From: Malacoraja senta
Taxonomy: Eukaryota
DNA length: 64,000 bases
NCBI GenBank assembly: GCA_038087875.1
Contig: CM075982.1
Location: forward strand, 12,152,001 to 12,216,000
Direction: 5' to 3'
This document shows positions 48,950 through 62,000 of the stretch, in pieces. A model generated the notes under the pieces. That model had not been told where the DNA came from. It saw only the letters and a program-made list of their open reading frames with translations, and did no database searches. The number at the start of each line of letters is the position of its first letter. Positions within the stretch are counted from its first letter, which is position 1. A program made the translations under genes and the position numbers.

Positions 48950-50700
48950 CCAACTATTGGGAAAAGAAGTGACCTCAAGAATTCTGGTGCTACTGCCTGA
49001 TTTGGAATGTAAAGGATGGTGTGTAATGGAACTCCTCAGCTCCATCCCTTTCCCTCAGATACACCTTTCAACCCCCATTTCATCTACATGTGTTATCAAT
49101 ATCTAATGGATTTTTTTTTATCAAGGAAACTCTGTAATATGTTGTGTGCTTCAAGAGTTTAGGGACCAGTTTACAGCTGAGTCTTTTGCTGTTAATCTCA
49201 GTATTAGTTAACACCATCCTTGACTTGATTTGTTTTTATTTTGTGACAATGTCTCCAGTATTTTTAAATTATAAAAATGGTGTTATTAATTTTCAGTTGC
49301 TTGGGCTTTGCTTTACAAAATGTACTGTGAGCGATGCCTGGATTATATAGCTGGGTAGTAGCTCCATCCACCCCTACCATAATATTTGGTGCTAAAAATC
49401 ATTTTTTGAGAGTGGCAGCTGTATTCATACAAATGATGGCTCAACTGATGCTGGGACCTGAAGTGACCAATGCAACTTTCACATATTATAGTTATACGTG
49501 TTTGTGCACATGGCTGCCAAGACTTTGCACATGGAGGCCAAATTACCTTCCTGGCCAGAATATTCCTGGAAAGATTGATTTGATAATTTTTTTAGTTTAT
49601 TTTAAGTTTATGCAAGCTGAGAGACATTAGGACAGATTTTCCTTGTCTTCCACTCAAGGCTTCTGATGTTCATATGCACAGAAAACAAGTGCCAGCTATC
49701 TTACAGGTGTGTGTATCTCCCCGTCTGATTTTCCTGTATCCATTGCACATACATGACTCAATAGCCCTAGGTTCAGGAAAATCTGCCCCAGAGTAATAAA
49801 ACATGAATTACTTCACCATAGGCATGGTGTGGCCAGACGTTTACTACCTCCAGGATTAGGATTGTTGAATGAGCTCCATACGTTTCAACAATCCGATTAC
49901 CTCCACAGCTAGTTTTAACTAAGATTTTTATATTATTGATGTCCTCTTAGAATTCTTCCAACTGAGTTAATTGCATAACATGTATCCAGGTTACTTTTAT
50001 TTTGAATTTGAATAATTTCCCTAATCCCTTCCAGTTTATAAAGTTTCCCTGGATTAGAAATACACCTTAATTGTCTTGCTGTTAAAAGATCACTGTACAT
50101 GGTGTTGTGAATCCCTGTGGCACTACATTGTATCTTGGGCATCATCTTTGTAAGCAACTATTTAAAAATGAGAGGTTATTTGAACAGAATCATGCACAAT
50201 TATTGAATTGCGTGCAAATTCAAGCTGTCTGACTTGTGAAAATGCAGAAGCCCACCAAAGCCACACTTTATACCTTCCAGTTTCTGATCCTTTCCTCTGG
50301 TTCCACTTTCTTGGACTCTATTTTTCTGTTTTAACTGTTTCTGGTGGAAATTATGATTTTCAATTTTCTTGAAAATAGTGCGGAGAGCAACTTGATATGA
50401 GCACCTTAAGTGTTAATAGAGGCAAATGCTGAACAGTTTCTACTTTTATTGCAACTCACCACTTTGTCCTGCAACTCTTTTAATAAATGAGATTGCTTGA
50501 AATTATGCTGTCATATGTAATACTTTACATCAGTTCTGTTGTAATAAACATTGTAGCAGAACTTGAGCCCCAACATTAATGTATTGCTTCAGATTTGGTG
50601 TCATGACCATCCGCTGTATCTTCGTAAACTCTGACTCAAATACAGGATGGATAATAATTCAGTACTTGCTTTTAAAATAAACAAAATTGTTTACTTTAAT
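48950..50700 (+). promoter_or_regulatory. ELN: ELN 3'UTR with miR-29 8mer sites (48985-48992, 49387-49394) and candidate polyA signals (49795, 50482, 50543, 50676)
   Basis: TGGTGCTA twice, GAATGTA at 49005-49011, several AATAAA; no recognisable transposon up to ~51100; exact 3' end not determinable. Confidence 0.7.
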
Positions 50701-51639
50701 TTTATTACGTAAATCATTGAACACTATGAATAACATCAGAATGAATGGGAAAAACTTTAATTTCTGCACAATTCTCGCAATTCATTTTATGTGGTCAAAA
50801 CCAATGCAATCCACTATTCTGTATTTACACACAATTAACTATATTGTGAATAGCCATTAAATTATGAATGAATAACACACAACTGTACAATGAGCAACCC
50901 CTACCCTACTGACAGGGTCTTCAAACGGCTACAATATGGTTAATGCTTACGCAAGAAAACCTGCAACAGTGAAAGAGAAAACTATCATTTACATTTTTTT
51001 TAATTTAAGCCCAATAAAAACTGTTTTAAAACCAATTAATCACTTTTGAACTGAAACTGGTAACTTGCTCACAGGTAGGCCCTGCATTGACACAAAATGA
51101 ACAGATTAACCGAGAAATAAGATGGTATAAAAATGTTTCAGAAATATAGAACACCGAAATGGGCTCTTCGCCCCACCCTGATGCCAAGATCAACTAGTCT
51201 CATCTACCTGCACAATCCATATCCATGTACCTATCTAAAAGCATTCTAAGCGAGTTAAGGTCCTGTAACCCACAATCCCTCAGCACATCATACAAACCGC
51301 ATTACAGTATTCTCCCAAATGCACTTCTTTCTCTTCGTGGGCAAAGAGACACAGATGACAGTAACAGCAAACATGCAGTAGGCAGATGTGGCTGCAATAT
51401 CTGACAGTTGGAGAGGGCAGCCATTATTATAGCGATTGCAACAGAGTTGGTGGTCAGCAGAGGGTGATGGTAACTTCCTTCAGCTTTCTACTTGCCCCTC
51501 ATCCCTCAATCTGTTCTGATTTACCAACTGCAAATGAGAGCATGCACCTCCTACTCTCCCTCCACCTTCATCATAGACTCCGTGTATATCCTCATCCAAC
51601 CCAGCCAGATGGAGATCGAAGATGATTGTGCTTGCCACC

Positions 51640-52640
51640 ATCCAGTGGCACACTGGTAGAGAAACAACTGGCCTGGATGGTGTTCCTGTCCATGTCCTAA
51701 AAACTTGCGTGGACCAGCTGACAGGACTTTGAGGCCATTTTAAACCTCCCCCTACTCCATTCTGAGGTTCCCACCTGCTTTGAGAGGACCTCGATCATCC
51801 ACCGGCCAAAGAACCGTAAGGTGGTGTGCCTTCATGATTACCATCTGACATTATGAAGTGTTTCGAGAGACTGATCATGACATACTGATCATGATCATGA
51901 CTTACCTATCAGCAAGGTGAATCAGCTAGTTATTGACTACAGGAAGCGTGGTGAAGTATGTGCCCCAATCAGCTTCAATTGTCCTGAGTGCAAAGTTTCA
52001 AGTTCCTTGGCATAAAATTACCAACGATCTCAGGACCAAGCACATTGAAGCGATATCCAAGAAGGCACCCCATTGCCTTTACTTCCTCAGAACCCTGAGG
52101 AAATTTGGCATGTCTCCAATGACTCTTTACAAACTTCTACAGATACAGCATAGAAAGCATACTGTCAGAATACATCACAGCTTGGTTGGGGGAAACTCTG
52201 CCCGACCACAAGAAATTTCAGAATGTTGTGGATGTAGCCAGTCCATCACACAGATTACACACCCCACCATTGACTCCATCTACACTTCGTACTCCCTCAG
52301 AAAAGTAGCCAACATAATCAAAAACTTGTCCCAAACTGGTAATTCCTACTTCTCCCTGGTCCCATCAGGCAGAGTATACAGAAGCTCGAAAGTGTGCACC
52401 ACCAGTCTGCGGAACTGTTTATTTGTCCCTCTGCTATCAGGCTTCTGAATTGTCCTTCCATAAGCCAGTTACTGTCCGGTTCACCTCTACCCCAATGTGG
52501 ACAGCGGACTTTATCTCTGGAACCTGTCTGCGTTATAATGCTGAGAACTATATTCTGCATTCTGTATCTTCCTCTTTGCTTGTTCGTATTTGTGTAGTAT
52601 TTTCTGATTTGATTGGATAACATGCAAAACAAAGTTTTTC
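51640..52640 (+). mobile_element. Degenerate Rex1/Babar-type LINE fragment
   Basis: DGVPVHVLKTCVDQL, MKCFERL, LYFLRTLRKFGMSP peptides. Confidence 0.8.
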
Positions 52641-54650
52641 ATAAGTTCATAAGTCATAGGAGCAGAATTAAGCTACTTGGCCCATCGAGTCTACTCTGCC
52701 ATTCAATCATGACTGATCTATCTTTCCCTCTCAACCCATTCTCCTGCCTTCTTCCCATAACCCTTACTAATCAAAAATCTGTCAATTTCTGCCTTAAAAA
52801 TACCCAATGACACCCTCCACAGAAGTCTGTGACAATTAATTCCACAGATTCACCATCCTCTAACTCAAGAAATTCCTCCTCATCCCATTTCTAAAGGTAT
52901 GTATTTTTATTCTGAGGCTCTGGCCCCAGACTCTCCCACTAGTGGAAACATCCTTTCCACATCCACTCTATCCAGGCCTTTCACTATTCAGTAAGTTTCA
53001 ATGAGGGCCCCTTCTTCCTTCTAAACCCCAGTGAGTACAGGCCAAGTGTAATCAAACTCTCATCATATGTTAACCCAATCATCCCCAGGTTCATTCTTGA
53101 AAACCTCCTCTGTACATTCTCCAAAGCCAGCACATCCTTCCTCATATATGAAGCTCAAAGCTGCTCACAATAATCCAAATGGGGTCTGACCAGTGCCTTA
53201 TAAAGCCTCAGCAGTACATCCCTGTTTTTATATTCTAGTCCTCTCAAAATAAATGCCAACATTGCATTTGTCATCTTTCCTACCGATTCAACTTGCAAAC
53301 TAACCTTTTTGGAATCCTGCACCAGCACTCCCAAGCCCCTTTCCACCTCCAATTTCTGAATCCTCTCCCATTTAGAAAATAGTCTACGCTTTTATTCCAA
53401 CTACCAAAATGCATGACTGCACACTTTACTATGCTGTAATCCATCTGCCACTTATTTGCACATTCTCCAACCTGTCCAAGTCTTTTTGCAGAGTCCCTGT
53501 TCTCTCTACACTACCTGCCCTTCCACCTATCTTTGTATCATCTGCTAACTTGGCCACAAAGCCTTCAATTCCCTCATCCAAATCATTGATATACATGGTG
53601 AAGAGTAGTGGCCCCAGCACAGACCCCTACAGAACACCACTGGACACTGGCAGCCAACCAGAAAAAGACCCCTTTTTCCCACTCTTTGACTTCTGCCATT
53701 AGCCAACCTTCTATCTATACTAATATCTTACCTTTAATACTCTCATCTTCTTTAGCAGTCTCATGCACAACATCTTATCAAAGGCCTTCTGAAAATCCAG
53801 GTAAACAACATCCACTGACTCTCCTTTATCTATCCTGCTATTTACTTCCTCAAAGAATTCCAACAGATTCGTCAGGTAAGATCTCCCCTTCACAAAACAA
53901 TGCTGACTTCAGCCTATTTCATCATGTATTCAGAAACCTCCTCCTTTATAATGGACTCTAAAATCTTACCAACCACTGATGTCAGGCTAACCAGCCTATA
54001 GTTTCCACTCTTCTGCTTCTCTCCCTTCTTGTACAGCAGAGCAACATTTGCAAACTCTGGGACTGCTCCCGACTCCAGTGATTCTTGAAAGATCACCACT
54101 AATGCCTCCACAATCTCTAAAGCTACCTCTTTTAGAATCCTGGAGTGTACTCCATCTGGTCCAGGTGAGTTATCCAACTTCAGACTTTTCAGCTTCTCAA
54201 GCACCTACTCCTTTGGAAAAGCAACTCCACTAACTTCTGCCCCTGACTCTCGTGAATTTCAGGCACATTGCAGGTGTCTCAGAATCTCCTGTCATTGCTG
54301 CTCCACTGTCATTCCTACCAGGCTGCATTTTCAATCAATTTTAGCCAGCTCCTCCCTCATGCTGCTGTAGCTATCTTTACTCAACAGTAATACCGACACA
54401 TCTGATTTAATCTTCCCCCTCTCAAACTGCAGATTGAATTTTATCATAACATGGTCACTACCTCCGACGAATTCCTTTACCTTAAAACTCCCGAATCAAG
54501 TTTGTTACACAATACCAAATCCAGATTAATTTTCCCTAGTAGGCTCGACTACAAGCTATTCTAAGAAGCCACCTCGTAGGCACTCTACATATTCCTTTTC
54601 TTGGGATCCAGTACCAACCTGATTTTCCTAGTTTACCTGCATATTGTGCA
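52640..54650 (-). mobile_element. CR1 LINE fragment, ~2 kb
   Basis: SPGPDGVHSRILKE, GNYRLVSLTSVVGKILE, ADDTKIGG, LVRPHLDYC. Confidence 0.93.
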
Positions 54651-55094
54651 GATCAAGGCTGGTTTAAGTAGGAAAAGTAAAGGGAAATTGTTCTTAGTGA
54701 GGATAAAGATTTTTTAAGCAGAATGGTTTGGAACCTCAGTGCCAATAAAGGCTAATGGAAACAGAATCATTCAGGGCTTTCATAGAAGAACTGGATAGCA
54801 GCTTCAGACAGGGGAATGTGACAGACTGGAAAGCTTCACTATGAACCAGAGACTTGATGGGCTGTCAAAGTACAATACAGGGTTTGTAAGTGTTGAAACA
54901 GAGTTGTCCCATGTACTCCAACATCCAAGCAGAAGGTGAGGAACTGCACAAGGAACTGCAGATGCTGGAATTTTGAGAAAAAACAAAGTACTGGAGTAAC
55001 TCAACAGATCAGACAAAATCTCTGGAGGACATTCTTAGGGTCAGAACCCTTCCTCAATCTGATTGTAGAAGGAGGGAGAAAGCTGGAAGAGAGG

Positions 55095-55426
55095 TCATAA
55101 GTGATAGGAGCAGAATTAGGCCATTCAGCCCATCATCTGCTCTGCCATTCAATCATAGTTGATCTATCTCTCCACCCTAACCCCATTCTCCTGCCTTCTC
55201 CCCATAACCCCTGACACCCATACTATACAAGAATCTATCTATCTCTGCCTTAAAATATCCATTGACTTGGCCTCCACAACTTTCTGCAGCAATGAATTCC
55301 ACAGATTCACCACCCTTTGACTAAAGAAACTCCTCCTCATCTTCCTAAAGGAACATTCTTTAATTCTGAGACTATGACCTCTGGTCCTAGACTCTCCCAC
55401 TAGTGGAAACATCCTCTCCACATCCA
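55095..55426 (-). mobile_element. CR1 3' end
   Basis: MFPLVGESRTRGHSLRI...VVNLWNSL plus 3'UTR. Confidence 0.88.
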
Positions 55427-55925
55427 GTCATAGAGAATAGCTACTGGACTGCAGTAAAAAAATAGGTGATGCACTAACAATCTTCATGAACATTGAACAC
55501 TTGCTGGCCGTACCCAGGGTGACTAAATCCAACTCCAGACCCACAACCTTGCCGATGCTTAACGACCCATAGAATTGGCCCAGGAACCTAGTTAATCAAA
55601 GGAATAACACAAAGCTGCATTATGGTTATATCATGGTGCAATGCAGTCATTCCAACGCATTGGAACGCAAGAAGCTGCAGACAGGTGGGGCAGGCAAGTG
55701 ATAGGTAGATTCAAGAAACCTGTTGATCATTGCCTCATTTGTGTTATAGATTAACTTCCTTCTTGAAAGACTCAACTCTTTCTTCGCCAACAAAAGATCC
55801 CTTTTCCTGTTAAAACTTTTATTTGCCATAAGCCATCTGCATCCTACAATCATCTGCAAATTAGCTAATTTGTTCTGCTGTTACTTTGAGCAGCAATATA
55901 AAGTTAAAACCAAAAACTGAAATTA

Positions 55926-56495
55926 TTATTATTTTTTAAATATTTTATTTATTAGAAGTAATGTACATTACAGTGATATAAGCCAAAAATAACATAATAC
56001 ATTTCCTGTACCACTTCTTGTTTTAAACTTTAAAAAGAAGAAGAATAGAGAGAGTTAGATAAGATAGTAAGTGCGTGAAAGAGTGATCAGGAGAAACCCG
56101 TAGAAACGTAAAACACGAGAAAGAGTTAAAAAGAAAACCAAAGAAAAAGAAAGAGAAAAATAGAGAACAGAAGATATAAGAAAATAAAATAAGATAAAAG
56201 GGATGTACCTACTTCGTATCTTTACACACCCTTCACCAGGTCCTGAAACCATTTATTTTCAAAGTTATGTTGCACCCTATGCTTGTAATAAGTCGATAAA
56301 TGGAGACCAAATATTTTGGAAATGGTCTGATTTGCCTGCTAGGAGGAATCTCATGTCTTCCAGGTGTAACATTTTAGACATATTTGAAATCCACATTTTT
56401 ATCGTTGGTGTGGGAGCGTTTTTCCAGAATTTAAGTATACTTTTTTTTGCCATTATTAAGCCGTAATTAAGGAAGCTCTTTTGGAACGAAGTCAG
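55926..56495 (-). mobile_element. 5'-truncated L1-clade LINE (ORF2 C-terminus, 3'UTR, A-rich tail)
   Basis: AKKSILKFWKNAPTPTIKMW...FQNIWSPFI; 15-bp TSD caaaaactgaaatta (55911-55925 / 56496-56510). Confidence 0.82.
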
Positions 56496-57849
56496 CAAAA
56501 ACTGAAATTAAACTAGATCCTAACGCAATATAGCTTTCTATGAATAAGCTATTTTACAGCCATTGTAATGGAATTAAGTAATACATTAGTTTACCATCGC
56601 AATTAATTTTGTTCTATTTTGAAGTCAAGGCAGACTGCAGAATCAGGGTTTCAGTCAGTGAATATCTCAATTAATGAACAGGAAACTCTCCAATTTTATC
56701 TACCCCCTTTTTTATCTACCTAGTTGCTTCCCCTCCCATGTGCATACATTTGTTTCCACACTCCTTCCCCCATCCCCAGTTGGTTTCTCCTTCTCCATTT
56801 GCTCAACTCCCATTACTCCTTCCTCAGAGTTCCCTATTTTCACTCCCTTATCCCCACTTTCCTGCAGAGCATCTCCAATTTTTATTTTTACTCTAAATTA
56901 GTGTGAGGTTAAAATTGCCTCATACAGTTTCCGTCTTGAAATCTATTCCTTCAGGAATCAATAACTATTTGAAACTTAGTTAGATAAATGTTTTTCCTCA
57001 TAAAAACATCTATCAAAGATTATATCATCAGGCTGGTTGTTCCATTATTTTAATGGAAAGTTCCATTCTTTTCCCACCTTTGAAAGATTCATTTCTATTG
57101 CTATGACCTCTTCCTCTTAACTAAGTATGGGCCAATCAATATCCATAATAAATCCAACTCATAACTTCATCAGCTATCTGCATTACACTTTCTTCTACAT
57201 CACTTTCTTTAAGGAGTCCAATCCATTCTCCCCATTTCTCATCTGTTCTGATAATGTCAACTACCTTCAAAAGCTTGAAAGACTGGGAGGTCCAGACTTA
57301 AAAACAGCTTATTCCTCACTGCTTTCATATTCCTGAACCAATCACCCCCATATCACAACCTCTTCTTGGAGGTTCTGAAACATACTCTTACAACACTACC
57401 TGATTTGGTTATTCCATTATTGCACTTTAGTATTTTTGCAGAACTACATAATTATTTATCATTAATTGTGTTGATAATAGCCATAGAGTCATACAGCATT
57501 GAAACAGACCCTTCAGCCCAACTTGCCCATGCCGACCAAGCTGTCTTATAAACAATCAAGTGAACACGGATTTCATGTTTATTTGCATTAAGCAGAAGCA
57601 GCTGAACATGTTCAGGTTGCACTGATGTTTATTTACCATCTGTTCCGACAAGTATCTTGCATAAGCCTTTGCACTTTTCACTAATTGACTACATCGTGAC
57701 CCCATAACAAAGTGCTTAGCGGTGTTACTGGAGTTGCAGTATGATACATTATTCATTTGTGTGACTTTTGTAGGATGCCCAGGTATCCATAATGCAGTAC
57801 ATATTCGACGGGAATTAAAAAAAAAAAATCAACCACAGTGTGAACGTGG

Positions 57850-58372
57850 AAATTAAATTCTGACCTTCCACTGCGGGGTTCGTTAATTAATCAACGTGCA
57901 TCCATAGTGTTACATGAGATGCACTAGTGTCCATCTGGACGCTGCAACAGAGGCAGTGTGCATCCAGAGAGTTGGGCTGGTGCACACCCATAGTATTAGA
58001 GGGGGGTGCACCAGTGTGCAGCTGTAGTGGATGCGCTCGTGTGTTCCAGTGTACGTTCGATGTGCAGCAGGATTGCATTGCTATTTCTGCCCCCCGTCTG
58101 CAAGAGTGCACTGACTGTGGCGATTGCTTACAGTGGGAATTGCATTTGTTATTGAGCTTTCTTCTGCAGGAGTTACGCCGTTGCGTGTCCTGAGCGCCGG
58201 ATGGTGTGCAGTTTGAGAGATCCTCCTGCGAAGTCTTCGGAGCAGTTCACGGTCGGTCGGTCGGTCCTCCCGCCCTCCCGCCCTCCCGTGTGTGAGTGAG
58301 GAAAGTGGAGGCGAGAAGCCGGCTGCTGCCTGTCCGTCTCCCATTTAGCGGTGTCGAGGCTGCCGGGCGTGG
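57850..58372 (+). promoter_or_regulatory. LIMK1: CpG-rich LIMK1 promoter/5'UTR
   Basis: Sharp rise in GC and CpG content in an AT-rich window, CCCGCCC GC-boxes at ~58269-58284, directly upstream of the LIMK1 ATG. Confidence 0.75.
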
Positions 58373-58430
58373 ATGTGGTTGATGCTGCTGTGCTGCACCT
58401 GGAGGGACGATCGGATGGGAGAGGAGGAGG
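58373..58430 (+). CDS. LIMK1: LIM domain kinase 1, coding exon 1 MWLMLLCCTWRDDRMGEEE(G)
   Basis: Close match to the vertebrate LIMK1 N-terminus (human MRLTLLCCTWREERMGEEG); donor g|gtgggt. Confidence 0.93.
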
Positions 58431-58491
58431 GTGGGTACGGCAGGTCCCGGACTTGCTGCATCGCTCCGCTCGATGCCCGTGCACTTTGTTG

Positions 58492-58596
58492 CCCTTTCCT
58501 GCCCGTCCCTTCCCGTCCCTTCCCGTCCCTTCCCGTCCCTTCCCGTCCCTTCCCTGCCCGTCCCTGCCCTTCCCTTCCCGTCCCTTCCCTCCCCTG
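58492..58596. repeat. (CCCGTCCCTT)n-type simple repeat in LIMK1 intron 1
   Basis: Five exact 10-mers at 58502-58551 plus degenerate CCC(T/G) units. Confidence 0.95.
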
Positions 58597-58973
58597 CCGT
58601 TAATTCCACCGCCCACTCTCGTTTGCATCCGAGCGGGTCGCTGCCCGGCCTTCCCTGGTGACCAGGGCTGGGGCCCCGAGGCTGCTCTGTACCTAAGTGT
58701 GTTGGTGTTTATGCTGCTTTCCGGTTGCATGCTCTCCGAGGCTACATTATAATAAATCACAGCGACCCAATCAATGTCTGGTTGCAGCAGAGCGCATGGC
58801 CTTGCCGGGGCATCATGCGGTCGCTTTGTGTGTTGTGTCTATGGGTGTAACTGCCCTCCCAGGCCTTCTCCCTCCTGTGTGTGTGTGTGTTGGGCCTGGC
58901 TGGGTGAGGGGCAGGCACATACTGGGCGGTGCTCACTAATTACAGTGTCTTAATTTGTTGTCTCTGGTTACAG

Positions 58974-59070
58974 GAGGGTGTTTGCCTTGCTGTGCGGGAT
59001 GTGGCCGCTCCATCTATGATGGTCAATACCTTCAGGCTCTTAATACAGACTGGCACAACGCCTGCTTCAG
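58974..59070 (+). CDS. LIMK1: LIMK1 exon 2 [32 protein letters not shown](R), first half of LIM1 (97 nt)
   Basis: Branch-like ctcactaat, ttacag|...cttcag|gtaggc; [17 protein letters not shown] is the LIMK1 LIM1 sequence. Confidence 0.95.
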
Positions 59071-62000
59071 GTAGGCACCCAAGGCCCTCCCTTTCTGTAT
59101 ACTTTACACCGCGTTAATATTAAACCTTGTCTTTTTGTTCGAGAACGGACGTATAGAGAACATTGTGTATCATATTCACTGCACGTTGTTGTCCATACAG
59201 TACATGCTGTGCTGTTCAAAATCTAAAATGTGCTGCTCAGAACATCAGAGTCCGGCACATGGTGCACAGTTGATGTATCACAGTGAATATAATTGCGTGT
59301 GTAATATACCTAGTGTTTCACTGCCGGGAAAACAAAACTAAGGGACACAAACGTTTCAGAATAAGAGGTTGACACTTTACTGTAGAGATATGGACTTTCC
59401 TCTACAAAAGCTGTCAGTCTTTTGGAATTCTCTACTTCAGAGAGCTGTGGAGGTTGAATCATTGAAGTTATTCAAGGCTTAGACAGATTGTGGAGAGCAA
59501 ACAAGAAGGTGGAGCTGAGGTCAAGATCAGGTCGACCATGCTGGTGGAGCAGCTTGGGGTTGAATGGAGGACACTTGCTTCAGTTGGTTATTGGATCCCT
59601 GTTTCTCAACAACCATGGGATTTGTTTAAAGGACTTAATGGTGAAATTGTACAACTGCCTTTTCAAGATAGTGTTGTTGGATTTTCGATTACTCTTAATA
59701 AAACCAAAATGCAGGAAATGCTTCAGCCTCTGTGGAAGGAGAAACAAAGTTAACGCCTTGGGTCTTTGACCCTTTGCTCAGTTCTGGCAAGAGCTGAAGT
59801 AAATGCAATTAGTGTGTAGTGAAAAGGAGATGGGGAAGGAGAAGAACGGAGGTACTGGAAGGGATGAAGTTACATCGTAGTCTTGAGAGCAGTTGCTGGC
59901 AATGCTTTGAAATAGAGAAGGGATGCTGCAAATTACGACGCAGAAAGAGCTTGTTGAGTTGATGCCTGATTGTAAGACTAAGCCGGCCATTCCCTGTAAG
60001 CCTGCAGTTCATCTTTTCTCCAGTGCATTTCCCTTGAGAAACTTGATCGACTGTGAAAGTTGTAAACATTCCTACTGCCCCTCCTTCGTCTTCCCCCCCC
60101 ACCCCCACTTGTAGATAGCAGTTTTAAACCACACTCTTGTTTTTGAACAGCCCATTAATTTGCCCTGTCTAAAACCAGTCAAAATCTTGTGCACCTTCAA
60201 GTCTCGAGACTTGACTGCATGAACAAACCTCAACTTTTCCAGTCTAACCTTTTTATCTCTGGAAATAAGGTAGTGAATCATTTCTACTGATTTCTCTGGT
60301 ATCTTCACATCCAGAGTTATCCCCTAATGTTAGGTAATCAAAATTGCATTCAGCATCAATTCGTAGCCTGAACAAGTTCAAGATAACTTACCTGCTTTTG
60401 TGTGGTATGCTTCTTTCTATAAGTACCAGGATCCATGCAGATGTGGGAAGATACTTTAAAAGAAAAATCAAGGTTGGGAAGAAATCCCGATATTAGATGT
60501 TAGAACTCTGGCATAAAACTGGAATAGACGGGAATACACATAGATGGTGGGTTACTTGTGGATCTTGAGGAGGAGGAGGTGAAAGGGCAGTGTATGGTTA
60601 GGATGGAGGTTGTGGAGGAAGATCTCTGGAGATGAGGTTGGTGATCGTTCTTTGTTTTGGTCTCTTTCTGGCCAGATTCTTCACTTCTGATTCATTGGCT
60701 ATCATTATTTATTCCTGTTGTTGCTGAAATGGAAATTTGCCAGTTTTGACACTTTACCAAACTTTGGTTCACCTTACTCCTTCCTTTCATCCTCCCTATT
60801 TCAGGTCCCTCCCAGAGCCATTGTAATCTTCCCACATCCCTGTCTTCCCTGTTCAATGGATCATTTCCAATCTTTGCAACATTACCTCTGCTATACACAC
60901 TTTCCTTGCTGCCTTTAAATGCTTTGTTAAGGGACCGTTCCCTCCACAAAGCTCTGGTTTCCTTCATTAACATTGTCACCAAATCTGTAGATGTATTTCA
61001 TGCCCTTTTGCCTCCCTCTCCACACCATCTAGTGTCCCCAAAGTCTTTTAACATGAAACAGTGATTACTTGCAATATTTTCAATTTTGTATTATAAATGT
61101 AGTCTCCTTAATTCCAAAGATGCCCAAAGGAATGACTGTGAAATACTTCTGTCCAGTTTGCAAGTATAGCCATGTCTAGCTACAGAAGGATGTGATAGCA
61201 GTGTAGAGCTCGTAGTGATTCGTGAGCACATTGCCAGGACTCGAGGCTTTTAACTGAGGCTACGTTGAGATCCTTTATTTTGGAACAAAGGAGACTGAGG
61301 GGAGGTTGAGTTTGTACTAAAACACGGATCTTAGTGAATAAGCTGAAGCGACCTATTGCCCTCTGTGGAAAGTTGGTCAGCAGCGAGCATATGGTTTGGT
61401 AAAGGATTGAAGGGGAGGTGAGATTTTACACTGGATGAGCACTGGAGTCTGGAACCTGCTGTCTGAAGATATGATGAGGAGTGGGCCAAAGGCTGGGTAT
61501 GGGGCATCGTGATTAGCTAGTGCAGCACCATAGACTAATTAACCTGTTTTTGCTGTAACATGCCATGATTCTAGGTTTATTCAAGCATAACACAGCACTC
61601 TGTACTCAACGTTGAGATCAATAGTTTAGAGTAATGATTCTACCAGTTACATTAAACCTCTGGACCTACTCTTGGTCTGTAATCACCCGCGTCATCATCC
61701 CTCGTGTTTTTTAATTTGTCATATCACATGTTTTTCCTTTCTTCCCCATTCACCACTTCCTTTACATTTGAAAACTTTTCATCGTTTTCAGTTCTGATGG
61801 CAGATGTTAGTTGTCTGTCTTCACGCAAGCTGAATAATTTGCATAGTACAGTTTGCTTTCATATTCAAAATCACTTCCATAGTTAGAGTGCATTAAAGTG
61901 AATTTCTAAGTTGCATGGATGGAGTTAAGTGCTGATGAAAATACTTGAAATATGGGTGTCATTTTAAATAAAGGCATTACACAAGTGGTGTTTTGGCACA

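Noticed and set aside
49003-49025. tggaatgtaaag matches the 5' end of mature miR-1
   Set aside because: Only 12 nt match and no precursor hairpin is evident; better explained as a conserved 3'UTR target block
58173-58760. Overlapping ORFs with GREGKGRDG or PSRPFPSL repeats
   Set aside because: Translations of the simple repeat in GC-rich LIMK1 exon 1/intron 1
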